From: a virus
Taxonomy: Duplodnaviria; Caudoviricetes
Direction: 5' to 3' (one strand)
Length of the DNA: 64,000 nt
Virus record (IMG/VR): IMGVR_UViG_3300013121_000005
Coordinates: 192,001-256,000 of that record
In this document: positions 47,544-57,072 of the stretch, piece after piece
Numbering within the stretch: position 1 is the first letter of the stretch
Layout of the letters: each line of letters starts with the position of its first letter
Program-made: the position numbers and the translations under genes
The notes under the pieces: model-generated
The model's database searches: none
What the model was told of the DNA's origin: nothing
The model's input: only the letters and a program-made list of their open reading frames with translations

Positions 47544-47698
47544 AGACTATCTACTCACGGCTTGCAGAACCTTCTAAGGAAGAGGCAGCCCAGGAGGACT
47601 TGACAGAGCTGACCAAAGCTCTAGCTAAGGGGGATCTTCTTTCTAGGCTTTTGGAGCATGAGTTGCGTCGAAACCTCCGAGCAGCAAAGAAGAAGTAA
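47540..47698 (+). CDS. Small protein (52 aa, not in the ORF track)
   Basis: ATGA-coupled, MKTIYSRLAEP...; AAGGTGA RBS. Confidence 0.5.
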   Translation: MKTIYSRLAEPSKEEAAQEDLTELTKALAKGDLLSRLLEHELRRNLRAAKKK

Positions 47699-47699
47699 A

Positions 47700-47894
47700 G
47701 TGGCAACGACAAAACTTACCCGACAAGGAGTTCGGGACCTCAACTCTCTAAAGGGTACCTCCAAAGGGTATCGATTGGCTCAACCTCCCCTGGCTGTGTT
47801 GTGCAGTCACTTTCGGGTGAAAGTACAGTTTGACCAAGGTCTAAATTGGAGGGTGTGTGAGGACTGCAAAGAGGTACTCGGAGACCCTTGGTAG
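47700..47894 (+). CDS. Small Zn-ribbon protein
   Basis: GTG start right after the upstream stop; CSH...CEDC. Confidence 0.45.
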   Translation: MATTKLTRQGVRDLNSLKGTSKGYRLAQPPLAVLCSHFRVKVQFDQGLNWRVCEDCKEVLGDPW

Positions 47895-47955
47895 GGAAAA
47901 TCGGAGGGGGGGGTCTCTGTAGGACCCCCCCCCCTCCGATTTTCCCTACCAAGGG
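47885..47955. repeat. Long inverted repeat (29-bp perfect arms) with G/C homopolymer core
   Basis: cccttggtagggaaaatcgga-G8 pairs with C8-tccgattttccctaccaaggg. Confidence 0.9.
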
Positions 47956-47979
47956 AGAGGGGTGGTGTATTGCCCCCTT

Positions 47980-48453
47980 ATGAATGATGCCCAAACTTCG
48001 GACGCCCACTTCTCCCGTGAGGTGTTCTTGGTCGAAACGGCTCGGAGATACTGGGAAGCTCGAAGACAAGAACAGCTTCTTGGGGATTCACTTGAGGACC
48101 TAGGGGTCAATTTTGACGACCGAAAGGCAGCTAATCGCCTTATCGAGGCGTTGGCCACCAACAGTGACGAAAAGGCCGTTGAAGTTGCACGCCGCTTTCT
48201 AAGTGTCTTAGATGAGGCTACGTCTACTTCCCAGGGGCCCAACGTAGATTCGGTCTTCCAACAGATTTACACAGTCGTTCAGGAAGAACGTACAACCTTC
48301 GTTCAGGACATTGCAAGCAAACTAGGCTTGGCAATCCCAACCGTTCGTCGCAACCTGCTTGCGATGAGTACCCATGTTTACCTTAAGGGGAATGAAGTTC
48401 AAGACCTCGGGGATGGGTCCTCACGGCCTCGATGGACACAGGGAGGGAGATGA
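47980..48453 (+). CDS. HTH DNA-binding protein
   Basis: VQDIASKLGLAIPTVRRNL HTH pattern; GGTGTA 10 nt upstream. Confidence 0.6.
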   Translation: MNDAQTSDAHFSREVFLVETARRYWEARRQEQLLGDSLEDLGVNFDDRKAANRLIEALATNSDEKAVEVARRFLSVLDEATSTSQGPNVDSVFQQIYTVVQEERTTFVQDIASKLGLAIPTVRRNLLAMSTHVYLKGNEVQDLGDGSSRPRWTQGGR

Positions 48454-49418
48454 TGTTGCCCCTTTGGAGAATCGTCTCTTATGTCCCTACTGACATTTCC
48501 GTAAGCCTACGGGAAATGATCCAGAGTACCGCAAACAAGTGGTCGAGTCTCCCTTCTGCGGAGAAGTTCGAGACCCTTGAGCGTATCCTCACTGCCTACT
48601 TTGCGGAAAAGCGGCCGAAATTTCCCCATCAGGTAGAAGAGAATCAAGTACTTACGTTGCTTTTCAGGAGCACGCTAGGTCTTGAGAAGAGTTGGAGTTC
48701 CAATACCTTCAGTTACTTTCGACTTATCGGTAAGGACAAAGAATTAGCCCCACTACTCTGGGACCTAATTGATACCCATAAGTGGCAACCCTCCCGTGCT
48801 CGCCAGGTTAGTCACATCGTCAACCAGATTGTCCGGGAAACCGGAAAGGATCGAGTTGAAACTTGTCGAGAGGTTCTCCGCCTTAGTGGGGGCAAGGTTT
48901 GGTCCCCTAAGGCTGTCAACTCCATCTACGAAGCTTTTCAGGTCACAGCCTTTAGGCGGTCGAGAAGGGCCCGAGTTCCTAAACTCACTTCTATGTCCGA
49001 AGGGCAGAAGTCTTCCTACGTAAACCTCATGGAAGCAATGGAGGAATTCTGTCGAGAGATTTACGCTGACGCTCCTGTCAATGCCCTGGAGAAAAGCGAT
49101 GTCTTTCTGGACTTAGACCTCCTTGCCCGCAAAATTTGGGTGACCTCTCGAACTCAGCAGCGAGACAGTCTGAAGTCAGACTTGGCCCGGTACAAGGAAG
49201 CGTGTCGAGACTTAGGTCTCGCAGTTCCTTCCAAAGGTAGCCTTGTTGATCTAGGTGACGCCAAAAAGGCATATCGAAATAGGGTTTTTACGGTACACCC
49301 AGATCGCAATGCAGGGGCTGGAGCAGCAGAGCAATTTCGCGCTTACACTTCAGCTATCACGATCATTGAAAGTTATCACCAGAGAGTCTCAACCTTCACT
49401 CAAGGAGTTTTACCTTGA
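48450..49418 (+). CDS. Protein with C-terminal J-domain
   Basis: LGL...AKKAYR....VHPDRN....F......A. Confidence 0.7.
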   Translation: MMLPLWRIVSYVPTDISVSLREMIQSTANKWSSLPSAEKFETLERILTAYFAEKRPKFPHQVEENQVLTLLFRSTLGLEKSWSSNTFSYFRLIGKDKELAPLLWDLIDTHKWQPSRARQVSHIVNQIVRETGKDRVETCREVLRLSGGKVWSPKAVNSIYEAFQVTAFRRSRRARVPKLTSMSEGQKSSYVNLMEAMEEFCREIYADAPVNALEKSDVFLDLDLLARKIWVTSRTQQRDSLKSDLARYKEACRDLGLAVPSKGSLVDLGDAKKAYRNRVFTVHPDRNAGAGAAEQFRAYTSAITIIESYHQRVSTFTQGVLP

Positions 49419-50098
49419 CTACTAACATCTTCATTTCTTCAGACATCTCCGACGATGTACTACGAGGGGCTTGTCGTAGGGTTCCTCTCAGGCAGCACTC
49501 TCCTCAGCGCTCTGCACAGCGGGACATGGCAGGACATTGCCATGGAACTGCCTACAGCAAACTTGAGGGAGACCTGCTCGCTCGGTTCAAACGGGAAGGT
49601 GGCCCCCAGATGATGAACCCTGCTACTATGGCAGTTGCCACTTGTATTGTGAACGCATCCCTTTGGATCGATAGAGTCTCTCCAGGAGCCCGTATTTCGT
49701 ATCAGGTGTACGCGGAAATGATCTTCGGAAGCCTCTACACCAATGCCCCTTCGGCAGATGAGCAGGCTAAGTACTGTGAGAAGATCAGCAAGTCCTCTAC
49801 CCATGCTCGCAAAATCCTCCAGCGAGATAGGGCGTTTGACCTGTTTGCGCAAAATCGAACGTTCATGCTTCTTACGACTCGCGACCAGATCCGCAATTTC
49901 AGTCTCCGTCGAGAGTACTTTTTTCGCCAGAAAGTTCAAAAGCGCCAGCGTAGCCTACTAGCTCTCCTCCAACGTGCTACAGAAGGTCCGCGACCTACCC
50001 GCGAACTGCTGGACTTCGAGGCTCAGATGGCTGAGGCACTTACAACGGGGGAGGTAGCATTCGCGAGGGTCCAGCTCCCCGCTCCCCTTGAGGGGTAA
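49415..50098 (+). CDS. Hypothetical protein
   Basis: Coupled TTG start with AGGAG RBS. Confidence 0.55.
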   Translation: MTTNIFISSDISDDVLRGACRRVPLRQHSPQRSAQRDMAGHCHGTAYSKLEGDLLARFKREGGPQMMNPATMAVATCIVNASLWIDRVSPGARISYQVYAEMIFGSLYTNAPSADEQAKYCEKISKSSTHARKILQRDRAFDLFAQNRTFMLLTTRDQIRNFSLRREYFFRQKVQKRQRSLLALLQRATEGPRPTRELLDFEAQMAEALTTGEVAFARVQLPAPLEG

Positions 50099-50107
50099 GT
50101 AAGCCTT

Positions 50108-50145
50108 TAGAGCTGGCTCCGAAAGGTCTTTCGGTGCCAGCTCTA
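50108..50145. terminator. Hairpin between convergent genes
   Basis: tagagctggc-t-ccgaaag / ctttcgg-t-gccagctcta. Confidence 0.7.
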
Positions 50146-51879
50146 CTGTTGTTGATACCGTCGAGCGACCTGCTCTTCGAGCATCGCGGTCTTCAGGACA
50201 GACCGGAAGCTCTCTACTTGGTCTCGGCTGATGTTGTATTCCAGGATGTAATGGGCGAAGACTTCGGCGAACGCCTCGTCCACGTTGCTCGCCCCATACG
50301 TTGAGACGGGGGCGACGGGGGCCGGGTTCTTCTCGTAGCTCTCCATCCATTCGAGCGTGGCCGGATCGTTCTTGAGCTTCTCCTTGGCTCGCTCGTTGTG
50401 CTTTTGGACGGCGAAGTCTATGAAGATGAGGGCCTCGCTCACAATCTGAGAGATAAGCTGACGAGCCTCAGTGAGCCAGGTGTCTTTCCCTTCGGGCCTG
50501 AGGAGGGTGAAGTCCTCGAAGTGCTCGGTGAGCTTGGCCTTGGTCTTGTACACGTCGTCCTTGAGGCGATCGACTTCGGACCCGAGGTCCTTGTCCACGT
50601 CGAGGGACGTGACGGCATCGATGATGTCGTTTCCAAAGACCCAGCCGTCCTTCCCCACGCCATCCCGGGCGAGGGGGGTCAAGTTGGCGAGGTTGTAGTT
50701 GACGACTCGGGTGAGCCGCTGCTCAGCACGGTCCTGGGCTCGGAGCACTTTCCGCTTTGAGTCGTCGATGTCCGCGTCCTTGAACATTCGGACATCGACG
50801 GTTGGCTTCGAGGGACGAGGCTTTGTGTGCGTCTTGACCAGGGCCTCGAACTTCGCACGTTGGGACGACCCCATCTGCTTGAACCAGTAGCGATGCCCAA
50901 GCTCGTGGACCATCAGCTCCACGATGAACACTCCGGGACGGTTGAAGATCGTCACCGTGTCTCGGCCGATCTCGTACCAACCTCCAACACCCCCACCTGT
51001 ATTCTGGTTTACCCCTCCACACTCAGTGCATTGGATGAAGACATTTCCGTACCAAGCCTTCTCGAACCCCTTGCTTTTCAGCTTGGAGTAGGCTTCAGAT
51101 AGGTACCGCACGTACTTCTTGATGAGATCCGTGTCAACGGTCCGGTCATCCACAATGACCTTCATCCCGTGAAGGTCAAACTCCCGGAACCCCCCAGCCT
51201 CTTGAATCGTCTGCTCTGAGTAGTTCGCCGCGAGCATCTCGTAGATGCGGTCGACCCACTTGTTGGGGTCCCAGTCAAGTTTGCTTCGCTTGGCCAAGCG
51301 GGCAGCAGCTTTACTGAAGCCTACTCGATGCAGAAAGTCATACTTGACCTGGTAGACATCATCATCTACCAGGGCTTTCAACTCCTCTGGCTTTGCAGCT
51401 CTAAGTGTTTTCTCGACAAGACGTTCAATTCCTGCCTTGTCGACAGTCCATTCCGACTTGAAGAGGTCCCCCACAGTTGAGGTAACTTCCTTCATCTTAT
51501 CGAAGACGTCTTGGTAAGCTCTCCATGTAAGGTACCCTTTTGGGTCCTTGAAGTTGGTATACCCAAGGTCTAAGCCATCGTACTTATTTGCAATGGCCTC
51601 TACATACCCCCTGGCCATTTCAACCCTATTCTTGATGGAATCTAGAGCCGTGTCGAGCGTTACCAGATTCGCGAACTCTTTCCAGAAACGATCAAAGAAG
51701 GGGAGTACCTTGTCGTGGAGAATCCACTTCCAGTAGGGCGGGTTGTCACTACTCCTGAGGGGTTCTTTGAGGATAGCCTTAAGTGTATCTTTCTGGGCTT
51801 TGAACCACTTCGCAGAAAGATAAGCTGCGACAACCTGCCTTCGGTAACGGGTTGCGACTCTTAGGGTAAGAGATTCCAC
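50143..51879 (-). CDS. Zincin-like metallopeptidase, tagged at both ends
   Basis: VHELGHRY...STYG....EAFAEVF; LRVATRY at the N-terminus, KTA...QVARRY at the C-terminus. Confidence 0.75.
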   Translation of the reverse strand: MESLTLRVATRYRRQVVAAYLSAKWFKAQKDTLKAILKEPLRSSDNPPYWKWILHDKVLPFFDRFWKEFANLVTLDTALDSIKNRVEMARGYVEAIANKYDGLDLGYTNFKDPKGYLTWRAYQDVFDKMKEVTSTVGDLFKSEWTVDKAGIERLVEKTLRAAKPEELKALVDDDVYQVKYDFLHRVGFSKAAARLAKRSKLDWDPNKWVDRIYEMLAANYSEQTIQEAGGFREFDLHGMKVIVDDRTVDTDLIKKYVRYLSEAYSKLKSKGFEKAWYGNVFIQCTECGGVNQNTGGGVGGWYEIGRDTVTIFNRPGVFIVELMVHELGHRYWFKQMGSSQRAKFEALVKTHTKPRPSKPTVDVRMFKDADIDDSKRKVLRAQDRAEQRLTRVVNYNLANLTPLARDGVGKDGWVFGNDIIDAVTSLDVDKDLGSEVDRLKDDVYKTKAKLTEHFEDFTLLRPEGKDTWLTEARQLISQIVSEALIFIDFAVQKHNERAKEKLKNDPATLEWMESYEKNPAPVAPVSTYGASNVDEAFAEVFAHYILEYNISRDQVESFRSVLKTAMLEEQVARRYQQQ

Positions 51880-51903
51880 ATTTACCCTAGGGAGATAACT
51901 AGA

Positions 51904-52227
51904 TTACAACGACGATTTGCTCGTTGCCTCTTGGTGAAGAGTATGCCAAGTCTTGAATAAGGCTTCCTTATGCTTACGCCTTGCTTCAAGCTGCTCTAGT
52001 TCTTCTTTGGCTAGATTGGCCTCTTGAAAGAACCGTACTGCTGCGAGTACATCCGCAAGCTCATCGACTAAGCGCTCCCTTAGGTTGGACCCGTCAAAGT
52101 GCCTCGCTTCTCCATGAGCCCCGATCAGTTTACCCAAAATTTGCTGAAGCTCTCCCATCTCTTCTATGAGCTTCGAGGTTCCTGGCCACACATCACTTCC
52201 AATTGAGAACTCTCCTTGTGCAGGCAC
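51904..52227 (-). CDS. MazG-like protein
   Basis: KLIEEMGEL...DELADV. Confidence 0.65.
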   Translation of the reverse strand: MPAQGEFSIGSDVWPGTSKLIEEMGELQQILGKLIGAHGEARHFDGSNLRERLVDELADVLAAVRFFQEANLAKEELEQLEARRKHKEALFKTWHTLHQEATSKSSL

Positions 52228-52236
52228 TTACTTCTC

Positions 52237-52428
52237 CTAGGCTGAAGGGTTTCGGTAACGCTGAGCTTTCATCGGGTTGAACCGACGTACGAAGTAGCGA
52301 AAGCTGAACTCCTGCAATACCCCGCTAATACGGACTTGAATGGTCTGGTCCCCACAACCGCCCACGAGGACAGCCTTTCGGATACCATCGGACCAAACGT
52401 CTCTGGCTCGAATGTTGAGCACCCTCAT
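52237..52428 (-). CDS. Hypothetical small protein
   Basis: ATGA-coupled. Confidence 0.45.
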   Translation of the reverse strand: MRVLNIRARDVWSDGIRKAVLVGGCGDQTIQVRISGVLQEFSFRYFVRRFNPMKAQRYRNPSA

Positions 52429-52718
52429 GTCCAATCCTCGCAAATAGGAGTACCACGGCCAAGACCTGGGCGCTCACCATGTTTTTGATAGAACCATATG
52501 GTTGAGCAGATGGGGTAGTCGATGTACCACTTCTCCCAATGGCCCCCACGGAGTCGTCGATACCAACGGAAGTTACTGAAGAAGTAATCCAAGAGGTCAG
52601 CATTGCGATACCCCCAAGTGCCAACTGCACACCTAGGGCACCCACTCTGTTCTTTTTGGTGCGCTGAGCACACGGAATAGAATTCCTGAGTAAATGGCCA
52701 AATTCCTCGTGTTCTCAT
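52425..52718 (-). CDS. Hypothetical Cys/Trp-rich protein
   Basis: GAGGAG RBS; CSAH...CPRC. Confidence 0.55.
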   Translation of the reverse strand: MRTRGIWPFTQEFYSVCSAHQKEQSGCPRCAVGTWGYRNADLLDYFFSNFRWYRRLRGGHWEKWYIDYPICSTIWFYQKHGERPGLGRGTPICEDWT

Positions 52719-52741
52719 GGGCTCTCCTCAGGGCTTCACTC

Positions 52742-53113
52742 TCATTCGTCTCCCAACGGGAGACTTAAGTTTAGCTCGTCTACGGTCACTCGCCGCTTCA
52801 CAGCTTTGACCTCTTCAGTTAGCTCTTCCCGAATATCGGGCTTCCTAGCCAATACGTCTGAGAAGTTCAGAATCTCTCCTCCTAATACTCCCATAGTCGG
52901 CGACTTAGAAGGGGAATCAGGAATAGAGTCAAGGTTCTTTACATTTAGGTTTTCCAGAGGGTCCCTAATGGTCCAGGTCCACTCTGGAAGGTCCCACTCA
53001 TCAAAGTCATAACTTGATAGAGAACCAAGAGCTTCCTCAAGCTCTTCCTTGGTGTCGGCTACAATAGTGCAGTCGAATGTACGTTGGAGAGACACATGGA
53101 AGACTCGTGGCAT
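52742..53113 (-). CDS. Hypothetical acidic protein ending NLSLPLGDE
   Basis: TAATG-coupled start MPRVFH. Confidence 0.55.
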   Translation of the reverse strand: MPRVFHVSLQRTFDCTIVADTKEELEEALGSLSSYDFDEWDLPEWTWTIRDPLENLNVKNLDSIPDSPSKSPTMGVLGGEILNFSDVLARKPDIREELTEEVKAVKRRVTVDELNLSLPLGDE

Positions 53114-54198
53114 TACTTCACCATTTCTTTCTGGCAGATTCGGGTTAAAGCAGCGTGGAAGACAGCATGGTTCTCCCATGCCTTCGCTTGGGGATCTTGG
53201 GGGCCCTGAGACGAAGAGGGATACCAACTGTACCGGATCCACGTAAGAGCCCAGTAAACGTGAGCCATTTCTGCTACATAGGAGAGAAATGACTTAGCTT
53301 TATGAAAGGGAACTTTCTTGGCAAGGAATAGCTTCCACTGGGAGGTAAGAGCTTCGGGTAAGTATAGGTTTGGCTCCAACCCCTCGCTTTGGGCTTTCTT
53401 GTACCCCTTGAATATGTGATCCCGAAAGTCCTGAAGGGATGTCAGCTTTCCTTCCCCAGCTCTTAGCTTCAGGAGGGCTTGCCACACATCTTCACGGATC
53501 ATTGCCTGTAGGACGGGGAGCGGCTTTTTGCTACTACTCTTTGGCCTTTCGGGGCACCCCCCAGGCTTGGTATGAACAAAGAGGTCTGCGGGATACGGGT
53601 AGTTACCTGTCCCTGCTCGAATGACCGTGGCAAAGTCCTTCTTCAGAACCTTCTGAGCCTTCTTCAGGGCAACTACTAAGTTGTCACCCTTCCAGCGAAC
53701 ACGAATGGTCCCATAGCCCTTTCGATCGACTAGAAACCCTTTACTCCAAAAGAGTTTGGCACCTACATAGCTTTGGAAAAGAGGCAACCCAGCCTTGGCT
53801 AAGCGGGCCTGTACTTTTCTTAGGGTGGGTACTTCTTTGGGTACTTTCCAGACACGACGAGAAGGGTAGGATGGAGGTCGAACAAGAATGCGCTCTTTCC
53901 TAAGAGCTACTAGGAGGTGCTCAAAGGTTAGGTTCTTATTGATGGCTATCTCATGAATCGAGTTGTCCCCCCAACCACGAGACACGAGATCAGCTTGAAA
54001 CCCTTCAAGCCAGAGGTCCTGTGCATGACCTTCCTCTACCTCTACAACAGATCCATAGCTGCTGTAGACGGCTCGTAAAGGAAAGGTTCGAGGGTACCAA
54101 TCTCTAGCTCCGTTAGAAACCAGTAAGAGAAATCGAACTGGGTCCCCTCCCTGAATGGGTAAGTTAGAGACTGCACAAGTGTAAGCGTAGTGCCCCAT
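53113..54198 (-). CDS. Hypothetical phage protein
   Basis: 361-aa ORF, MG....C.VSNLPI..GDPV N-terminus; GGTGTA 11 nt upstream. Confidence 0.65.
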   Translation of the reverse strand: MGHYAYTCAVSNLPIQGGDPVRFLLLVSNGARDWYPRTFPLRAVYSSYGSVVEVEEGHAQDLWLEGFQADLVSRGWGDNSIHEIAINKNLTFEHLLVALRKERILVRPPSYPSRRVWKVPKEVPTLRKVQARLAKAGLPLFQSYVGAKLFWSKGFLVDRKGYGTIRVRWKGDNLVVALKKAQKVLKKDFATVIRAGTGNYPYPADLFVHTKPGGCPERPKSSSKKPLPVLQAMIREDVWQALLKLRAGEGKLTSLQDFRDHIFKGYKKAQSEGLEPNLYLPEALTSQWKLFLAKKVPFHKAKSFLSYVAEMAHVYWALTWIRYSWYPSSSQGPQDPQAKAWENHAVFHAALTRICQKEMVK

Positions 54199-54220
54199 AG
54201 AGGCACAACTACACCGATTC

Positions 54221-56056
54221 TTAGTCGTCTAGATTGAGTTGGCATGCTGCATGTTCAGCCAACTCAATTTCCTGGCTTAGTTTGGCTGAGGCATTCTTAG
54301 GTGCATCTTCTGGGCTAAGAGGTTGGCCTGGGTTATCCGGGATAGGACACCTCCCTTCCGCACCAGAGGGAATTCCTTTGGGGTTTCCAACGAGTTTCTT
54401 AACCACGAGACCGATCCCTTCTAGCTTCCGAGCATAGTGAACCCCATCCTCTTGCGGAAGGATGGCCTTGCCCAGTACATTGGGCACATGTACGGCACAA
54501 ACGACAGGAGCACCTTCACTCAGTTTCTCCACTGAGTGGCTCACTTCACCATAGACACCGGGGCGTTTGTAGCGAGACCTGATATGCTCTTTGATAGCAG
54601 ACTTTCCGGCTGTTGAACCGTCAGAGCCAAGAAGCCCCGTTTTCAGTCCAAGGGGGGTAGTTTTGTAAAGATTGAAAGCAATGGGCCCTTCCTCATTGAA
54701 GATCACCTCCCATTTGTCGTACTCAAGTAGCCCCATTGGACTTGTCACATGCATCCCGATCTTTTGGTAGGATGCTCGGTACATCTCCCAGATGGCTTCC
54801 ATCAAGTCCTTGCGATCGTTTCCTGTAACCCACTTTGTGTCAACACTGGCTTTCTTCGACTCTTGGGCCCCTCCCTTTCCAGAACGGTACAAGGAGCGTA
54901 CTTTTACACCAAGGCTTTCCCCAAGCTCGACCAACCAATTTTCGAGTTTGACTCCTTGGTAGCCGAGGTCCCAAGCATACATCTCGACGGCACCCTTGAG
55001 ACTTGTAGCTTCTAGCCCCTCACTCTTCCAAATTTGCCTCATGTACTCTTCTTGAGACTCTCTCCCTGGTTTTGGGCCCTTACGAGCGGCGGCTGTCTTA
55101 GAGGTACGCTGTACAACCCCCTTGGCCCAGTCAAAGTCCTCTGGGTACCGCCAACGCTCCATACTGGGAGCGTTACGCCACTCTTCAGGGGCGATATCGA
55201 GGATGGCTTTCCCGATATCTGCGACAGCTTTCGTCATAACTTTTTCGTAAGTTTGGAGAGACCGGTTACTGAAGCCTGCCCAATCCCCAGCGAACGCATC
55301 TAAGATGTTATGGGGTCGATGATAGAGGTCATCCCAAGCAAGAGGGACATCCTCACTCGTCCGAATAAGCCCAATCAGCTTACGAGACTCTTGCCACATT
55401 TCGTGGAATGCAAGGAGGTACTTCCTGGTCTCTGCAAATAGGTTAGTCAGGGCCTCATAGTTCAAAGGCTTGCCGCCCATACCAAGAAGGCTGGCAGTCA
55501 TTTCCCCTTGAAGTTTCAATAGGTTAAGGTACTTCTTGCCAAGCCGTACAGACTTGTTGACTAAACTCTGACAAAGAGCCTCAGCCTTGCGCATGTCTGG
55601 GTGGTCCTTGTGAGGGGCCTCCTCGATCATGTCCTGCATCTTGTCCAAGGCATCAGAATACTCCTCCAGGAAAAAGTCACGGAGGTGAATCTTCCCTCGC
55701 CCTAGGTCTGTCGCAAGCATGCATGCATCTACGGCTTGGGCCACTTCTTTGCTTGCAATGTCAACAACAGTTAGTGCTACGTTCCGCTTTCGAGCCTGCT
55801 CTTCCTGTGGACTCTTAGAAGGTTGGAAACGGTCGTGCCGTCTACCTTCTAGAACCTCCTTGGCGACATTGATCTCCACCATCTTCTCGTGACTGCCCCC
55901 ACGATCTGGATGGTTTTGGATGGCCATTCGACGGTAGGCTTTGGCGATCTCCTCAGAGTTCGGAACGTACCCTGGGGGAAACCCTAGGGTAACTTTAGCC
56001 TCTTCCAGGGACATAGACAGGAGAAGTCGAATAGCCAAACGATCAAATCCACTCAT
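54221..56056 (-). CDS. Multi-module J-domain protein, tagged class
   Basis: J-domain nearly identical to that of 27353 (NHPDRGGSHEKMVE); KTA, KKA and KNA junctions. Confidence 0.8.
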   Translation of the reverse strand: MSGFDRLAIRLLLSMSLEEAKVTLGFPPGYVPNSEEIAKAYRRMAIQNHPDRGGSHEKMVEINVAKEVLEGRRHDRFQPSKSPQEEQARKRNVALTVVDIASKEVAQAVDACMLATDLGRGKIHLRDFFLEEYSDALDKMQDMIEEAPHKDHPDMRKAEALCQSLVNKSVRLGKKYLNLLKLQGEMTASLLGMGGKPLNYEALTNLFAETRKYLLAFHEMWQESRKLIGLIRTSEDVPLAWDDLYHRPHNILDAFAGDWAGFSNRSLQTYEKVMTKAVADIGKAILDIAPEEWRNAPSMERWRYPEDFDWAKGVVQRTSKTAAARKGPKPGRESQEEYMRQIWKSEGLEATSLKGAVEMYAWDLGYQGVKLENWLVELGESLGVKVRSLYRSGKGGAQESKKASVDTKWVTGNDRKDLMEAIWEMYRASYQKIGMHVTSPMGLLEYDKWEVIFNEEGPIAFNLYKTTPLGLKTGLLGSDGSTAGKSAIKEHIRSRYKRPGVYGEVSHSVEKLSEGAPVVCAVHVPNVLGKAILPQEDGVHYARKLEGIGLVVKKLVGNPKGIPSGAEGRCPIPDNPGQPLSPEDAPKNASAKLSQEIELAEHAACQLNLDD

Positions 56057-56087
56057 ACCCTGAAGGGTGCAATAAGAGGAATTTCAC

Positions 56088-57053
56088 CTAAGCCATGGTT
56101 AACGAAAGGAGGGCCATCCGTACATAGAGACCAGCTTTCACCTGGCGGAAGTAAGCAGCCCGAGGGTCGGTGTCGATCTCATTCGGAATCTCGTTGACTC
56201 TCGGGAGTGGATGGAGGATCCGAGCCTCCATCTTCATGTCCGCAACCAGCTCAGGGGTGAGGAGGCAGGAGTCCTTCACCTCATGGTATTCAGAATCGTG
56301 GGTGAACCGCTCTTTCTGGACGCGGGTCATGTAGACCACATCAGCCTGTTCAATGGCTCGGGCCGCTTCATGGAGCCCTGTTCGGACATGGTAGGTCTGG
56401 GCAACCTTGCTTTGAACTTCCTCGTAGAGGGGATTGTCTTCTCTATCAAGGCGAAGGAGCCAGGGGCTCACCAAGTAGAACTCGTTGCCTGAGAACCGGT
56501 TCAGAAGCCGAATCAGGCTATGAACCGTGCGGCTATGGGCGAGGTCCCCCACGAAGGCGACCTTCAAGTTGTCGGTCCGGTTCATCTCCAATTGGATCGT
56601 GAAGAGGTCCAGCAGGGCTTGGGTTGGGTGCTCGCCGATGCCATCCCCGGCGTTGATGAGGGGGACAGGGCTCACCTTGGCAGCCCGAGAGGCTGCCCCC
56701 ATCTCAGGATGGCGGAGGACGATTGCATCGGCATATTGGCCGAGGGTTACGATCGTGTCTTCCAACGACTCCCCCTTCGAGACGCTGGAGAACTGGACCC
56801 CTTGAGTGATAGGGATGACGTTGCCGCCCAGCTTTCCCATTGCAGCGATGAAGCTGGAAGAGGTCCTAGTCGATGGCTCGTAGAAGACACACGCGAGCGT
56901 CTTGCCCGCGAGGACCTGGAGAAGCTCCGTGGGTTTGGTCATCGCCATGGCTGTTGCGTGATGGAAAATGGTCTGAATCTTTTCCTTAGTGAACTGCCCG
57001 GCAGAAAGGATGTGTTGGTCTTCGAGGGGTCTCATTTGAGAGGGATACCCCAT
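56088..57053 (-). CDS. pyrB: Aspartate carbamoyltransferase catalytic subunit
   Basis: FYEPSTRT, KGESLEDT, NAGDG..EHPTQ, GDL..SRT, TRVQKER, HPLPR. Confidence 0.96.
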   Translation of the reverse strand: MGYPSQMRPLEDQHILSAGQFTKEKIQTIFHHATAMAMTKPTELLQVLAGKTLACVFYEPSTRTSSSFIAAMGKLGGNVIPITQGVQFSSVSKGESLEDTIVTLGQYADAIVLRHPEMGAASRAAKVSPVPLINAGDGIGEHPTQALLDLFTIQLEMNRTDNLKVAFVGDLAHSRTVHSLIRLLNRFSGNEFYLVSPWLLRLDREDNPLYEEVQSKVAQTYHVRTGLHEAARAIEQADVVYMTRVQKERFTHDSEYHEVKDSCLLTPELVADMKMEARILHPLPRVNEIPNEIDTDPRAAYFRQVKAGLYVRMALLSLTMA

Positions 57054-57072
57054 CAAAACTTCCACCGAATAG

